DNA of 64,000 nt from the human T2T-CHM13v2.0 reference genome, Homo sapiens, in the NCBI RefSeq assembly GCF_009914755.1, contig NC_060941.1. One strand, written 5' to 3'. Positions within the stretch are counted from its first letter, which is position 1. Each line of letters starts with the position of its first letter. Shown here in pieces: positions 17,127 through 35,224 of the stretch. The position numbers were made by a program, and so were the translations under genes. The notes under the pieces were generated by a model. The model did no database searches. It was given only the letters and a program-made list of their open reading frames with translations, and was not told where the DNA came from.

Positions 17127-19893
17127 TCAGATAGGTGGATCTGACATTCCCCACCTATGACCCTCTTCCATTTCAGGCCCACCCTGTGTCAGATACCTGT
17201 CTCAACCTCTGCCTTCCCCCAGCCCACTCCCCAGAGCTCCTGGATGTGGCTCTCCCTCTCCTAGAGCACCTACGTGTGCGACTATGTGCCTATCTCCCTG
17301 GTAGATTTGAGTTCCCCCAGGATTCTCTCCACCTTCTTCAAATTTGGCATGTCCAGCAAACAGCAGGTGCTCCATCACTGCAGAATTGAGGACGCAGTGC
17401 ATAGGGTAGCTCCTGGGAGCCAGCAAGGACAGAGGTTGAGACCAGGCTTGGCCAGGCCCAGGCCTGGGGCTGAGGCCAGAACTCCGCTGTGGGGCCCTGC
17501 TTTGTCATTAGACATTGTATCCAATTAAGTCATTCTTGGCTGCTGGCGCCTACTGGACCCTTGCCGGCCCCCTCTCACTTCTCTGCCCCTAATAGCAACC
17601 AGATGCTGCTGGAGCACGTGGGGAGGAGGGCAGTCCCCAGACCCCTTCCCCAAGATGCCCACTGGCTGCCCACAGATGGACATGAGTCCAGGGCTGGGAA
17701 GGCAGCCTGCCCACTGCCCAGGCCCAAGCCAGGGCTGTCTGGTCTCTCTTGGGTGGGGCCCACAGCTGCTTCTGGAGACAGAGCTGTTTGTGCTGGGCTG
17801 GTCTGCCCAGCTCCCCAGGTCTTCCTGCAAGCAGCCCTGGGGCCTGGGCAGGAGCCAGAACAGGATAGAGCGGGTAGTGAACAAGTGGAGGGGCTCAGCG
17901 GCCCAGAGAGGAGTGTTGGGGATCTTCAGGATTCACAAACCTGGAGCCGAGACAGGAGGCGGGATGGTGGAGGCCTGCAGCCCGGGGAAGGACAGGGAGG
18001 GGGCCCAGCTGGGGGTGGCCAGGGAAGAGACACTGGGTTGACCTCCACACCCAGTCTTGCCACTCACAAGTTATGGGACCTTAGCCCCATCAGTTTTCCT
18101 CTCTAATCCTCAGCTCCCTAGTGACTCAAATGGATTTGACGATGGTGCCCACAGTACAGGCTGCCATAAGCGTCAAGTGAGAAACACAAATGAGGTTTTA
18201 TAGAGAGCTCAGGCCAGGGTAAGAGGTAAAGAGTCCATGAAAGAGGGCAGGGCGAGGGATGGAGAGGGAGCTTGACCAGGACCCTGGCCTACCCTGGCCT
18301 AGCCCTGAATCTTACTCTTCCAACCCATACTACATCTGTTTCCTGGCCACCCTTCCTTCCCTGTTGCCTGGGACAGGACGTCATCCCCACGACTCATGAA
18401 AGAAGCCAACACAGCTGGTTGCTCACGTGTATGTGCAGGGGCCCACGTGCCTGTGCACATGCCCACAAAGACTTTCCTGAAAGCCTCGGCCTTCCCGTAT
18501 GTGCTCACACACAAGTTGGACACCTGCCCAACCCTCAGCCACTCCTCACCCCACCTGCCTTCCACTGGAGAGAGCTCCATTTTCCCTGGACCCGTTCCCC
18601 GCCTGCATGTGTTGCCAAGGAGCTTCCGGAACACAAGCTGTTCATTCATTGATTCACTCACTCATGGCCCCAAGTAGTGTGCAGTCCAGTGGGATGCCAT
18701 AATAATCACCCTAGTAATAAAAATGATAGCTGACTTTCAGAGAATGCTGCTCTGTGCTAGCACTATTCCAGGGGCTTTAAACACATCCACCCCCTTAATC
18801 CCCACAATAATCCCATGAAATAGTTACTAGTTTAAAATCCATTTTACAAATGGAGAAACTGAGGCACAAAGACGTTAAGGAACCTCCCAAGGTCACAGAA
18901 CCAGTCCATGGCAGGATCTGAACTCAGGCAGGCTGGCTCCAGAGCCTACTCAGAACCACAGAAAGTGCAGTAAAAAGTGACCGACAATCCCCACTGTTTC
19001 CCAGGGTGCAGGGGCAGCCCCGGGGTGGGGCTGGCATGTGGGCTAGGTTCTTGGAGGGCCCTACTCAGGCTGCCATTGGGCCTGAACCTGAGAGCTTCCC
19101 TGGGAGACTGTGTCCCCCAGCATGCAGGGTACAGCCCAGCAGTAGCGTCCCAGTCCCCTCAGCTGGCACTGGTCCCATTTCAGGGCAAGGGGGAATGGGG
19201 CTGACCTCAGGAGGCCAGGTTGTGCGGCCCCAGAGCCTGGGCCAAGCCATCCTCATCTCACCCAACACCCAAACTTGGCATCCCAGCCCTGGGCCACCCC
19301 ATAGCTCAGGTTACCACAGCCTCTATCCTGGGTCAGCCTCCACCCTTAATGCCCTAGAGCTAATCTCCCCCACCATAGCCAGGACAAGCCACCTAGAGGG
19401 TGAACTTGATTCCATCTCTCTCCGGCTTCCAGCTCACCTGTCCCTGGCTCATCCTGTCCCACAGGCTGAGAAAAAGAGGAGAAGAGAAAGGAGGCGAGGG
19501 GAGGGGAGGGAAGGGAGAGCATCTTTAAATGCCCTGAGTACCTGAGATACACCGAACTGGAAACACCCTTCCCTTGGAACTTCATTGTAGTATCAGAGCA
19601 GTAAAACAACACAGGTTTGGAATCAGACAAGCTAGACACTGAACCCTGAATCTACCACCTACTAACTACAACATTGGACAAATTACACACACTCTCTAAG
19701 ACTCAGTTTCCTCATCTGTGAGATGGGGCTGATAAAACATAAACTTGGTAGGTTTGACACTTTAACAAAATCATATACACAGAGCACCCAGCAAGTCGCC
19801 CTGCCTTCCCTGGGTTTCACATGAGGACTGAAACCGTCTTCTCAGGGTTAACAAGAATTACATGCCGGGTTCTGGGCAGAAGTATAGGAGTAA

Positions 19894-20238
<345 letters not shown>

Positions 20239-20733
20239 TAAGAATTGTTTAAGGCCAGGTGCAGTGGCTCATGCCTATAATCCCAACACTTTGGGAGGGT
20301 GAGGTGGTGGGATCACTTGAGTCCAGGAGTTCGAGACCAGACTGGACAACATAGCAAGACCCCATCTCTACTAAAATTTTTTTTAAAGTCTGGACATGGT
20401 GGCTCATGCCTGTAGTCCCAGCACTTTGGAAGGCCAAGACAGGAGGATTACCTGAGCCCAGGAGTTGGAGATCAGCCTGGGCAACATGGCAAGACCTTGT
20501 CTTTTTTATAATAAAAAAAGGTATTATAAAATTTAATTTATTATTAATAATAAATTTTAAAAAATTAGCCAGATGTGGTGGTGCATGCCTGCAGTCCCAG
20601 CTACTCAGGAAGCAGAGGCAGGAGGATCACTTGAGCCCAGGAAGTTGAGGCAGCAGTGAGCTATGATCACACCACTGCACTCCAGCCTGAACAACAGAGT
20701 GAGACCCTGTCTCAAAAAAGAAAAAAAAAAAAG

Positions 20734-21329
<596 letters not shown>

Positions 21330-22082
21330 GGACCAGCTTTCAGAGGGGCCAGGGAAGGCTCCAAACCCTAAACTGAAATCCTGCCTCCAAGTTACAAAGC
21401 CCCTAACCATACCCTCTCCCTTTCCTCTGGCAGGTAGGGACCCACTGAGGACCCTCACCTGGGGAGAGGGAAGGAGTCAAAGGAAGTGCAGGGAGGGACC
21501 ACCAGGTAGCAGAAGGGAAGAGGGAGGGAGGGAAGGGGAGGGGAGGGGAAGGGAGGGACAGCAAGAAGAGTTCAGCTCTCTATGTGTGTCCCTTGAGGGG
21601 AGAGTCTGGGATCTGTGCCACCTCTGATATACTCACTCAGTCACTCACTCATTCATTCAATACACTTTTATTGAGTCGCAGGCACTGTGCTGGGTGCTGG
21701 GGGGACACAAGCCCTGTACCCAGGAAGAGTCTAGTTTTCTTCATGGAGACATACAAAATGAATCATTTGGTAAGGGCTATGAAGAAAATCAGACAGAGGA
21801 AAGGGTTGGGGTTGTTGCTACTCTACACAGAGCCATGAGGTGGGGCTCTCTGAGGAGGGTCCCCTTGAGCTGATTAAGACCTGAATGAGAAGAAGCCAGT
21901 TAGTTATCTGTCGATCGGAGGGGACGGCAGCTGGAGTGGGTTAAGGGGTGAATCTGGGGAGAGCTAGAGAAGATGGTGGGATGAGGGAGGGGCTGCCTGA
22001 CCTCCATAAGTTCGCATTTTAGTCTCAGGTTGTTGGAGCCCTAGAGACAATCTGGTCCAACCTCCTTCCCTCCTTTTTTTAA

Positions 22083-22238
<156 letters not shown>

Positions 22239-22365
22239 TAATTTTAATTTTTTTTTTTGACAGAGTCTTACTCTGTTGCCCAGGCTGGAGTGCAGTGGTG
22301 CGATCTCAGCTCACTATAACCTCTGCCTCTCGGGTTCAAGCTATTCTCCTGCCTCAGCTTCCTGA

Positions 22366-22653
<288 letters not shown>

Positions 22654-25099
22654 TAAAGCTATCCTCCCACCTCAGCCTCCCAAAGTGTTAGGATCACAAG
22701 CATGAGCCACCGTGACTGGTGCAAGCCCCCATTTTATAGACGGGGAAACCTTCCTCAGAGAAAGGAGGAAGCTGTCAGGGTCACCAGTAGTTGGTATTGA
22801 GCCTGGCCTCCTGCAGGACTCCCAGGCCAGGATGCCAACTCTCGCTGCCTCTTCTTTATCTGTCATATGCACCTCTGGTTCCATCTGACCAGACTGTCAG
22901 TTCCCTGGGCCCCTGCTCTGCACCCCAAGGCCATTTTCCTGTCTGTCATCCTGGTCTCCCCTGCTGTCTGACTCTGTCTTTGGGCCACTCATCTCTCTGC
23001 TGCTGCTGTTCTAATGATAGATGAGGTTTCAAGGCTCTACCAAACAAGCCTGTCCATCAGGAGCGAGGGGAGATCTCAGCTACTTCCCAAGGCCCCCCAC
23101 CAGCCCCACAAACCCAGAGCCTTGGGGAAGGATGCTAGCATCTCTTCAGGTCCTGCTCCCAGCTGCCCTTCCACTGGTCACAACAACTCCGCCATCAATC
23201 AGGTCAGGCTGCCCCTCCTTAGCAACTCTCCCCCAGAACGTCCTTCTCCTACATCTGGCCTCCCCAGACACCCGCTTCCTCCTCATAGGTCCTCCTGCCT
23301 GTGAAATCCCACCTGGCCTGTGAAAAGGGCACCGGACTGGGAGTCAACAGCTGCCGCCTCTGGCTTCTTACAGATTCCTTAAGTCTAACCTCTATCCCTC
23401 CTGCTGCAGAAAAAGTGCATTTCTCCTGGCTCAATCTCTGTCAAAGCCAAGAAGACAGGATAGCCTCTACTTAGAGAAGTGATTCAAGTCTCTGCCTGCC
23501 CCACTCTTCCTGGTCTCCTCAACCGTCTACTACCCCAACCCTACTCTGAAGGGGCCGCCCTCAGCCAGGCCCGGGTCTGGCCACTATCTCCCAGCCCATC
23601 CTTGTTACCTCCCAATTCCCCCTTCCCCAGCCCTCTCCGTGGTTCACACAATCCAGCCAAAGGTTCAGATCCTCCCCTCATAAACTCTGTTACACCCAGA
23701 GTTCAGAAGATCACACCAGGTTGAGGATTCAAAGGAGCCCAGAAATTATTCATAACATATCCAACTCTCTCCTGTTTACCTTGATTTTTTTAAAGTATCA
23801 GTTACCCATAAAGACCCTAACAAATATGAAAAGGAAAGGCAATTATAAAAGATCCTTCATTATTCCACGCACAAGAGTCAAAGATTTTGCCAACAGCCTC
23901 ACTTTATAAATGCAAAAATAGGTCCAGAGAGAGAAAGTAACTTGTCTAAAGTCACACAGCAAGTGAGATGGCGGGACTAGAAGCCACGTCTCTGGCCACC
24001 CTCTGTGTGGTCTCCCTGAAAATTGGTGGTTCTCACCAGCAGCTTCTCGGTTCGTCAGCTCCACTGCCCTCTGCCCATACTTCCCACTGTCAGCCTCCTT
24101 CCCCTCCCACCCCCAACATACTCTTCTTCTCAATAGGGACCCAGGTCTGTCTCAGCTACATGCTGGGACCATTAAAGTCAAGAACATTGCCACTGACACT
24201 GTGCCTGGTGCCAGCACACTCCTGAGACACAGCAGGTCAACCACAGCACTCACCTCAACAGCGCCTCCCTCACCCCACCTGAGGGGCACCCATGCCAATG
24301 ATGCACAGGTATCTATCTTCTTAATCATCTCTGCTGAGGGGCCAGGCTGCAAATTACCCATCTCCCCAACCCCAGAGAAAGTCTAGGTGCTTAGGGGAGA
24401 ACAGAGACTATGAAAATTATACCATGAGGGATTCCAGGTAGATCTCAGAAAGGACTTCCAGGTGGGAGAGATGAGTTTGGAGAACTGGTAGGGGGGAAGA
24501 GGAGTGTGCAGAATGGGACGCCTCCCTCCACCCCCTACCCCAGTGCCCCATCTAGAGCCAGAGTAGCTGAAAGCCAAAGGCTGCCAGGGCAAATGGGAGC
24601 AGGTGTGAGGAGGGGGACTCTTGAGGCTGGGGGTGCAGAAGCAGCAAGTTGCTTCTTCCTGGGCCCACTGCCTCTCTACTGACACCAAATAGGCAAGGGA
24701 AGGTGACCGAATGGCTGCTGCCTTCCCAGGCAGAGACGCTGTGTCCCCACCATCCCCCTGGCTGCTCCCACCTATCCCTAGCCTGGATCAGCTTTGGGGT
24801 CGGGGGTGTGGCAGAGAAGAGGAAAAGAAGGCATGGCTGGGGCAGGGGCCTCCCCAGGCTCCCATCTCATCAGAATTCAGCCTTGCCTGGGGTGATCAGG
24901 GGTCCTGATGACTCTCCCGCTGTCCCCTTTCAGAGCCCATGGCCACATAGAGCCCCCTCTCCTAAGGTCCCTCCAGTATCCTTCCAGGAGAGAAGGAGAG
25001 GTCCGGGCATCGGTGTCTCCACCGTCACTCACACACCCTATGTGTTTGGGAAAGTGGGGTCCCTATCCACCTGCCCACAGCCCACAGCTCTCCTGGCCT

Positions 25100-25800
25100 C
25101 CTGCGGACAATGCCCCCCTCGCGGACATCGCCAGGCCGTCCACACCTGCCCATGCCCACACCTGACTGCCCGTCCCTCCCCGCCCCCGGCCCACCCGGGC
25201 CGGCTCCCGCCAGTCCTACCTGCTCCGGGCTGGGGGCTCAGCGCCCGGGCAGCCTCCCTGAGCACCAGCACCAGGAGCCAGAGCTCGCCTCGCATGGTGG
25301 GTGCCCGGACCTGCCCCCGGCCTGCTTGCTGCCCCGGTCCTGACGAGGGAGGGGGCCCTGGCTCAGGCTGCGGCCGCGCGGTCCCCGGGGCTGGCGGAGG
25401 GGCGGGCGGCGAGGAGACGGCGGAGCGCGGGGCCGGGCGAGCCGGCAGGAGCGGCGAGAGCGCGAGCGGAGCTGGAGGCTGCGGCCTCCGGGAGCAGGCG
25501 GGGAGCTGGGGGGGCCGCTGGGTCGGTGGGGGTGGGGGGGAGCTGGGGCAGGGGGCGGGGCGGGGGGCGCGGCGTCGTTGGGGGCTCTCCCGGCGCCTGC
25601 CCTCAGCCCTAACGGAGCGCTCCCCTAGAGCTCTGCAGCCGCTCCCAAGGCAAGGGGTGCAGAGTAGGGGACAGGGCGGGAGCCCCTCGGGCTGAGAGAA
25701 CCCCTAGAAGCATCAGCCGCCCCGCGCTCCTCACTGAGCTCCTGGCTCCCTTTCCCTCCTCCGTTCCGCCGGGAAAGCTGCAGAGAGAAGGCCCGAGGAC
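25100..25800 (-). promoter_or_regulatory. PLXDC1: PLXDC1 CpG-island promoter and 5'UTR with GC boxes
   Basis: Very GC- and CpG-rich; tandem GGGGCGGGG Sp1 boxes at ~25551-25567; no TATA box seen. Confidence 0.85.
25220..25295 (-). CDS. PLXDC1: PLXDC1 exon 1 coding part (signal peptide MRGELWLLVLVLREAARALSPQPGA-G)
   Basis: ATG at 25295 in Kozak context cccaccATG; donor GCAG|gtagga at 25220/25219. Confidence 0.97.
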
Positions 25801-26894
25801 TGGACCCCTGGAAGGGACAGGCGCCCCATCCCTGGGTCACGGGCCCCTGACTGTTCCCCGCCCCCAGCTCCTCCAAGCTCTGCGACTTCCTGAGCTGTTC
25901 TTCGGAATTCTGTGCGTCTCTGATGCTTTGTCCTCCAGCCCCCACCCCCAGAAATCTCCCCCTGCAGCAAAGACCCCCAGCTTTTCTCCCCAAGAGGGGC
26001 CTGAATCCCACCCCCCTTCCATGACTCCACCTTATCCCTCCACCCCCCATTTCCAGCACCGATTTGCCCCCCAAGCCTAGCAGACGTGAGGGTGGAGGGG
26101 GCCTGGCTACCCCTTACTCTGCAACAGTCTGGACCCCTCCCCACGAGTAGGTAACCCAGGCCTCCTGCCTCTCTGGGGCCTCCAGGCCTACTCAGGGCCA
26201 GACCCAATCAATCTTCAGAGCCAGCCCCAGACGAGGAAATGGCTCACCCCACCTGTCACCACCTTCTGACAGGCTCTGGGGATAGATAATCTTTTTATTT
26301 TTTCTTCCAGGACAGAATAAAAATACCCGCAATGTAGGATATTTAATAGACGGCAAGGAATCAGGTCAGGACACGAAGATGCCTCTTCCCTCCCCTGACC
26401 TACTTCGTTCTTGTGACGGCAAGGAGCTGGGGCGCTGGAGAGTGGGAGACGGGGTGAGGGGGCATCCTGGCTTCTAGTGGGCTGGGGCCTAGGGACTAGA
26501 AAACCGCGGAGAGGAAGGGTGCGAACGCTGAGCGCCATTGGAGAAATTTTCCAGGAGGAGGGATATGGGCGGGGACAGGAGAAGGTACACTGTGGGCTGG
26601 AAGAGACGGATTCCGTGGCACTGAGGTTAAAAAAAAAAAAAAGAAAAGAAAAGAAAAAAAAACACCTAAGAAAGGAAACAACTAAAGGCTCTCTAATCTC
26701 TTAGAACGCCGGTTCCTCCTTCCGCCGGGCCCAGAGTCCCAGAGACTACCTCCTCCAGCCCTAAACCCAATGTCCCCTTACCGTGGAACAAGGCAAGGCC
26801 GGTCTGTAAATTCTTCTTGATGTCTAATTTAAATCCCAACTTGGCGGACTCTCAAACAGAATCAGATAGGCAGCTACCTCCAGCTGCAGCTACT

Positions 26895-26919
26895 TGCTGC
26901 CCTCAAGTGGCCACGTGAC
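26895..26919 (-). promoter_or_regulatory. Candidate CTCF motif overlapping a USF-type E-box
   Basis: Minus strand TGGCCACTTGAGGGCAGCA (one mismatch to the CCASYAGRKGGC core) overlapping GTCACGTGG. Confidence 0.45.
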
Positions 26920-27189
26920 GAGCCACAACCCTCTTGTCCTGCGGGTTTCCTCTTTCCCCAGCCTGCCCACCCCCTGTCTCCGACCTCCTGCCTTCCTCGA
27001 GGTCAAGGTGAGAAGTCTCGGGACGGATTCCAGCTCCAGCCCCGGCGTCTTTGCACATTCCTCCATCTGGGGTACCTCGTGGTCTGTCTTACAAGAAGAG
27101 CTCAGGCTGAAACATAAACTTGTAAATAGTAGAAGCAAATGTGTAAATTTTAACGTAAGCCTCTAGAACTTGAGATCGTAATCACCTGC

Positions 27190-27192
<3 letters not shown>

Positions 27193-27252
<60 letters not shown>
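27193..27252. repeat. (GT)30 perfect microsatellite within a MER5A-like remnant
   Basis: 60 nt of uninterrupted GT; MER5A-like sequence continues at ~27370-27485. Confidence 0.95.
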
Positions 27253-27254
<2 letters not shown>

Positions 27255-27605
27255 TTTGTTTGTTTTTTGAGACAGGTTCTCGCACGTTGCCTAGGCTGGA
27301 GTGCAGTGCTGCGATCATAGCTCACTGCAGCTTCCAACTCCTGGACTCAAGCGATGGGGAGCGTATATGAAAACACAGATTTCTGGACTCCACCCTCAAG
27401 TTTCTAATTCATTAGGTCTGGGATGAGGCCCGAGCGTACCCAGGTAATGCTGCTGGTCCCAGGACCACATTTTGAGAGCCACTGCTGTTGAATCCCCAGT
27501 TCCTTTCAGTCCCTCACTGCTCCTCGTCTGCCAGTAGGAGTAAAAGCAAACAGCTTAGGAAAAATCGACACCCAGGACAAAAACAGTATCTCGAAAAGGC
27601 CAAAG

Positions 27606-27677
27606 AGGGGGCACCCGGATTTGAACCGGGGACCTCTTGATCTGCAGTCAAATGCTCTACCACTGAGCTATACCCCC
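27606..27677 (-). tRNA. TRC-GCA2-3: tRNA-Cys (GCA), 72 nt, no intron (Cys-GCA-2 family)
   Basis: Minus strand GGGGGTATAGCTCAGTGGTAGAGCATTTGACTGCAGATCAAGAGGTCCCCGGTTCAAATCCGGGTGCCCCCT with intact A and B boxes; TTTT terminator at 27594-27597. Copy-number suffix is from memory. Confidence 0.97.
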
Positions 27678-28362
27678 TCTGCCGGCAAACCGACCGCACG
27701 TAGTCGTTTAGTGGTATTGCTGCGCAGGCGCTGTGTGGCGTTCCCGAAGGGAAGTGGAAGTGGGGTAAGACGTTTACAAGAGATGGAAAAAATACAACTC
27801 CCAGAAGAATTACTCACTTGGAAGCAGGGGTTGTTCCCTGAAGCTCTGAGCTGAAGATCCCCACTGGCAGTATAAGAAAATATATTCCTGGGGTGTGGAA
27901 GGAGAAGTCTCTCGAAATATTTCACTTCGGGGGCGTCCCACTCTCCTGCCCTGCAGAAGACCCCTTGCCACGTCTCGGAGCTTCTTTCTCCCTCCCACAT
28001 GCTCACGCGGCTTCTCCCGACCTGTCTTCCCCAGCCCAGCCCTTAGAAACTCAGCCTCCTTCCCGCCAAGAAAGAGCCAGGCTGACCTGGGGGTGCGCTC
28101 GCCTCCGCCCTGCCATTGCGAGGTTGAGCCACCCGTACCGTGTTCCAAGGGTCAGCCCGGAGCTCCTCGCCCTCACTCGCATTGCATTCTACCCTGGGTA
28201 CACACACAGGCTGAGCCACTGGCAGGGGCCAGGACTCCATCCTCACTCGCCTGCGAAAGCAAAAAGGGTGGCAGGGCTCGAGACTCCCTCCCATTCCATC
28301 TGTGCGGGAACTCTTTAGAGGACCTCCGGAGACCAACAAAACGAGGTAACTCCGGAGCACAG

Positions 28363-28434
28363 AGGGGGCACCCGGATTTGAACCGGGGACCTCTTGATCT
28401 GCAGTCAAATGCTCTACCACTGAGCTATACCCCC
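28363..28434 (-). tRNA. TRC-GCA2-4: tRNA-Cys (GCA), identical second copy
   Basis: Same 72-nt sequence; TTTT terminator at 28338-28341. Copy-number suffix is from memory. Confidence 0.97.
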
Positions 28435-28634
28435 GCCACGCCACTACGTTGTCATTAGAGTTAATTTCTATGGAATAGGGGTGTGGTCTTCATTTTCCCT
28501 TAAAGTTTTAATCTGAGGGTTGCGTCGGGATACCTACTGAAAAAAACACAAAATACAATGGGAATGGCTAGAACTCCTGAGTTCTTCCTTCATAGCCACG
28601 CTTTCGGAAAACCAACTAGATTAAGGAATCTTGG

Positions 28635-30392
<1,758 letters not shown>

Positions 30393-30765
30393 CTCAGGGG
30401 TCTCTTAATCTGCCCCCCCAACACACACACACATTATTCCTACGGAGAGACTGAGGGCTGAGGAGAGGGAGAGAGTTCCACTCACTAAATCTGCAACATA
30501 TCCAACATTTCCCTGACGTCTCCAAGAAGGATGCCTGCGGCCATGGAGTGAGGAGCAGCTTCTTCTGCTGTGCTGTCTGCAGGAATCCAAGGTATGCAGT
30601 CCAGCTTCTCAGCAACGGGTTGGGAGAATGGTGTCAATCTCACTGTCCATAGCAGCCACTGCTCCCACTAGAGAACCATAGAAAAGTAATAAATAGCCAC
30701 TTGATTTTCCACCCATGTTGACCATGCAAAACCCCAAAGTTTCTGGTTGACCTCAGACTGGAACA

Positions 30766-30814
30766 TCAGTTAGCAGCGGCCTGAGATTCCATCCACTGAA
30801 GTCTGGCAGGCAGC
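30766..30814 (-). CDS. ARL5C: ARL5C exon 6 coding part: (G)LPARLQWMESQAAAN*
   Basis: Acceptor ccctgcag|G; TGA at 30768-30766; total CDS 540 nt = 179 aa + stop. Confidence 0.92.
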
Positions 30815-31324
30815 CTGCAGGGAGGAAGGAACAGGAGGGGTCAGCCTAACCCAAGAGAATGATGGCCTTCAAGTCTCCAGCCCTTGCCCAGATCGGACTG
30901 GGTGCAGGAACCAAAGTTACATCCAATAATTCAATTAACAGAGATGAACTGGCTTGAGTATCTGCTGTGCATCAGGTACTGTGCAAGGCTCTGGAGTTAC
31001 TGGTGAAAATGCAGACATGCCCCTGAGGCTTACTGTCTAGTAGAAGAGATGGATACTAAATAAATGGTCAGACACATAATTCTGTAATTACATACTGTGA
31101 TAAAGGAAATATACAGAGGCCTCTGGATGCCTGAGAGTCAGGGAGGGCTTCTCTGAGGAAGGAGCCTGGAGACTCACCTTGCTGGGCCCCTTAGCTGTGT
31201 CTCTGGGCAAGGATTCTTCACGGTGATCTGTGCCAGAAAGAGGTTCCCTACGCAAGTTCCCCCATTAGATTGTAAGCAACTCCGGCGCATGGGTGGAGTC
31301 TTGGTCATCTCTGTATCATCCTCA

Positions 31325-34407
<3,083 letters not shown>

Positions 34408-34463
34408 TCAGTCATCCATTGGTTCAGCCAGGCCCTAGAGATCCAGGTAGGGCAGCCACTAAC

Positions 34464-34615
34464 CCTTCCCTGGTGAGGGCACAGCAGCCTTGTATATGCC
34501 ACGAGTGGTCTTTGATGGTGCTGAGAGTAAGGAAATGGGAGATCTCCACCATCCTCATGGAGTCCTTCACGTCCTGCTTATTGGCAAATATCAGGACTGA
34601 AGCATCCTGTAGAGC
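34464..34615 (-). CDS. ARL5C: ARL5C exon 5 (152 nt): [51 protein letters not shown]
   Basis: cacag|GCT and GAAGG|gttagt; contains G4 NKQD and G5 CCAL. Confidence 0.95.
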
Positions 34616-35140
34616 CTGTGGACAGAGGAGCCCAGCCCCAGTCAGCCTGCTAGTGCCCAGCCTTCCTTCCTACTGCCTCACAGGCGCTCTCTGGCTCCCT
34701 CTCCAGCTGTCCCAGGAAGAGAGGCCCATGCCTGGATGGGGCAGAGATGGGGGCCCTGCCACAATGGTAGCAACCGTATCAAATAACATCAGCAGCTCAA
34801 GGAAAGCCTCTTTATGACAATCCCATAGGTGGGAATTGATGATCCTCCTCATTTTATACTTGGGGAAACTGAGGATTAGAGAGGTGAAGTCACTTGTCCA
34901 AAGTCCTACAGTGAATGAAAGATGGAGTTAGAACTTGAACCAGCAACTCTGGCTTCTATAGTCAATTGCACTGAGGGTACTGATGCCCTTCATCAGGCAC
35001 AAACCAGCCCTCCTCATGCTGCTGGTATAGAGGCTCTCAGAAACTGGGACAGCAGGAACGAATCTCAGAGAAGCTAAGTGACCAGCCTGAGGGCACACAG
35101 CTAGTACCACTGGGCCCTCTCCCAACTGCAGGGGGCTTAC

Positions 35141-35224
35141 CTCATGGGCCAGCATTTTATATAGCTCCTCCCGAGTGGTCAGCAGCCGATCCCGGTCCGT
35201 GCTGTCAATCACAAGGATGATAAA
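35141..35224 (-). CDS. ARL5C: ARL5C exon 4 (84 nt): [28 protein letters not shown]
   Basis: cccag|TTT and GAG|gtaagc; ARL5-family peptide. Confidence 0.96.

Noticed and set aside
17489-19545. 205-aa and 179-aa plus-strand ORFs in PLXDC1 intron 1
   Set aside because: Non-ATG starts and no recognisable homology; consistent with chance in GC-rich DNA.
24649-25695. 348-aa plus-strand ORF antisense to PLXDC1 exon 1
   Set aside because: Non-ATG start, low-complexity Pro/Gly/Arg content; explained by stop-codon scarcity in a CpG island.
30688-30693. AATAAA near the ARL5C stop codon (and AATAAA at ~51038 near the CACNB1 short stop)
   Set aside because: On the plus strand, antisense to these genes.
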